A stretch of DNA of 63,354 nucleotides, counting the filler, from Catajapyx aquilonaris (lineage: Eukaryota), in assembly GCA_000934665.2 (NCBI GenBank). It is 2 parts of 2 records of this genome, joined end to end, with 100 filler letters (N's around TTAATTAATTAA, not from the genome) between each part and the next. Parts side by side here need not be neighbours in the genome. Positions count along the whole stretch, not along the records: positions 31,775 to 63,354 come from JYFJ02004511.1; 1 more part is not named here. One strand, written 5' to 3'. The position numbers and the translations under genes were made by a program. The notes beneath the pieces are model-generated. The model was not told where the DNA came from. It saw nothing but the letters and a program-made list of their open reading frames with translations, and did no database searches. Numbering within the stretch: position 1 is the first letter of the stretch; each line of letters begins with the position of its first letter. Positions 61,753-63,354 of the stretch are shown piece by piece.

Positions 61753-63354
61753 GTAAGTGCATTTGCATTGCATGTTTGGCCTCCTTTTTTTTGAATGGGG
61801 GAGGAAACAACCGAGAACAACCTTACAAAGTTGTCAGAAAGTTGCCCGAAACTTGTCCACGTTCGAGACCGATTGAATTTTTTTTCCCCTCAACCTCATT
61901 ATTTTTGCAACGAACTGAAACTGGTCCGAAATGAATATTATAATGTAATGCATAGTCCCACAAAATGGCCCATAGGATATACTGTAGCTGATAATGGAAA
62001 TGCAGTTTGCACTGTTCTTATCTTTCCACTTGAACTGAAACTGTGCACTGCATACCGAGTGACTCCATATACATACCAATCGACTGGCAGTCGCCATGAA
62101 GATAGATTTGCTCCAGAGCGATGTTGACAAGTTCCCAAAATTAGTTTAAATTGCTGGGATGACGCCCAAATGAGGCTGAATATGACGCACATGCAGCATA
62201 TATATCATGCTGTTACTATAGGGGGTGGCATATAAAGACAGAAAGTAGTGTCAGTGTGTCGAGCCTCAAAGGACCGAAAGGCATTAACCCACACTGCTCC
62301 GAGGGCTGGGTGTGAAAGGGCCCGTAATTCTATTTGAATCTAACCGGATATTTATGTTAGCCACATAGCACTCTACAAAATCTGCTCCGATGTATACCTG
62401 GGGACGAAATTTTTGTTTGCTTATTTACATACAAAAGAGGAATTTGCATAACACAGAACATAGCACATATATTAATTTGGGAAGCGACATTGTTGAGGGG
62501 TCACCTTTTATAGTTTCGTCAGTTATTAATGTCGTGTCTGAGAGGAGACACTAGCTGGGGGTTCAATATATGCCCGGGTGTTTTGAAAGGGATAATTGAA
62601 CTATTGATCCGGGTGCTGCGGGGCAAGAATTGGTACCGAGCCATTAAAACCTGTTTCGTGTCAGCTGTTATTACGCAGATTGGAGCCGAATATTGGGAAA
62701 CCCCAAAAGCCACGCTGATTTGTTCCCCCCTCAAAAGAGCGTCTACAATAATCCGTCTGAAAATGACAAAAAAATGCAAAGTTGAAGCGGGCGTTGATTC
62801 AGGCAAATGGCTTCTGTCACCGATGCAAATGTACGATTATTACTCTTCATTGCGCTCGTAGGAAAAGTGTGTGGGAATGGAGTTTATTTGATCTGTCGAA
62901 CGTGGTCGACATAATTTGCTTTGATTCCGGCACGCGCTAACCCACTTTTTTCATACATTTACGTCCAGGGAAATTAACGGGTCTGGCAATTACTGCTCCC
63001 CTTGTATTGCAAAATGTACGTGCGGTTTGCGCACCAAAATATGACCTCAGCTGGTCGGAAAACACAGCAAAATCATACCCTCCAGGCATTTTTGTGCATC
63101 GCTGCATATATTACGGTGAGTGGGAGACAATTGATCCATTCATAATATATAGGTCATATGTTGGAACACCTTGGGAATATTGCAGGTGTCACATGACCGA
63201 AATTAACACTACTGTATACAGCTGCATTTGCACCGGAAAAGTTTGTACTTCCCATGCCCGGTCATGTCGTCTCCCCAGGATAACAACCGGCCCAGAACAA
63301 CCAGACAAAGTGTCCAATATAGCAAAAGTGAGGCCGAATCAACGGGCCTAACCA

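Overview
This is eukaryotic, almost certainly arthropod, genomic DNA with two + strand intron-containing genes, separated by an artificial 100-bp assembly spacer (44 N + TTAATTAATTAA + 44 N, 31675-31774). Left half: a secreted animal heme peroxidase that reads as the ortholog of Drosophila Curly Su (Cysu/CG5873). Eight phase-consistent GT-AG exons lie at 28194-31036. A likely 17-nt first coding exon sits about 22 kb upstream (6067-6083), and the terminal exon is missing before the gap. Right half: a 120-bp WW-domain exon (61633-61752) of a FRMPD4/Preso-like gene, with a phase-compatible candidate first exon about 24 kb upstream (37379-37449). The rest is intronic or intergenic: an intact tRNA-derived SINE with a target-site duplication (TSD), several small foldback MITEs, three copies of a Helitron-like repeat, and microsatellites. 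Nearly all ORFs in the supplied track are spurious. The least explained signal is a set of same-orientation arrays of a degenerate ~16-bp unit (GGATAAWCCACRTGGA) confined to about 0.9-13.3 kb around the peroxidase 5' end. I found no CRISPR array, operon or autonomous transposon, and no clearly new multi-gene system. Homology calls come from recalled family motifs, not database searches.
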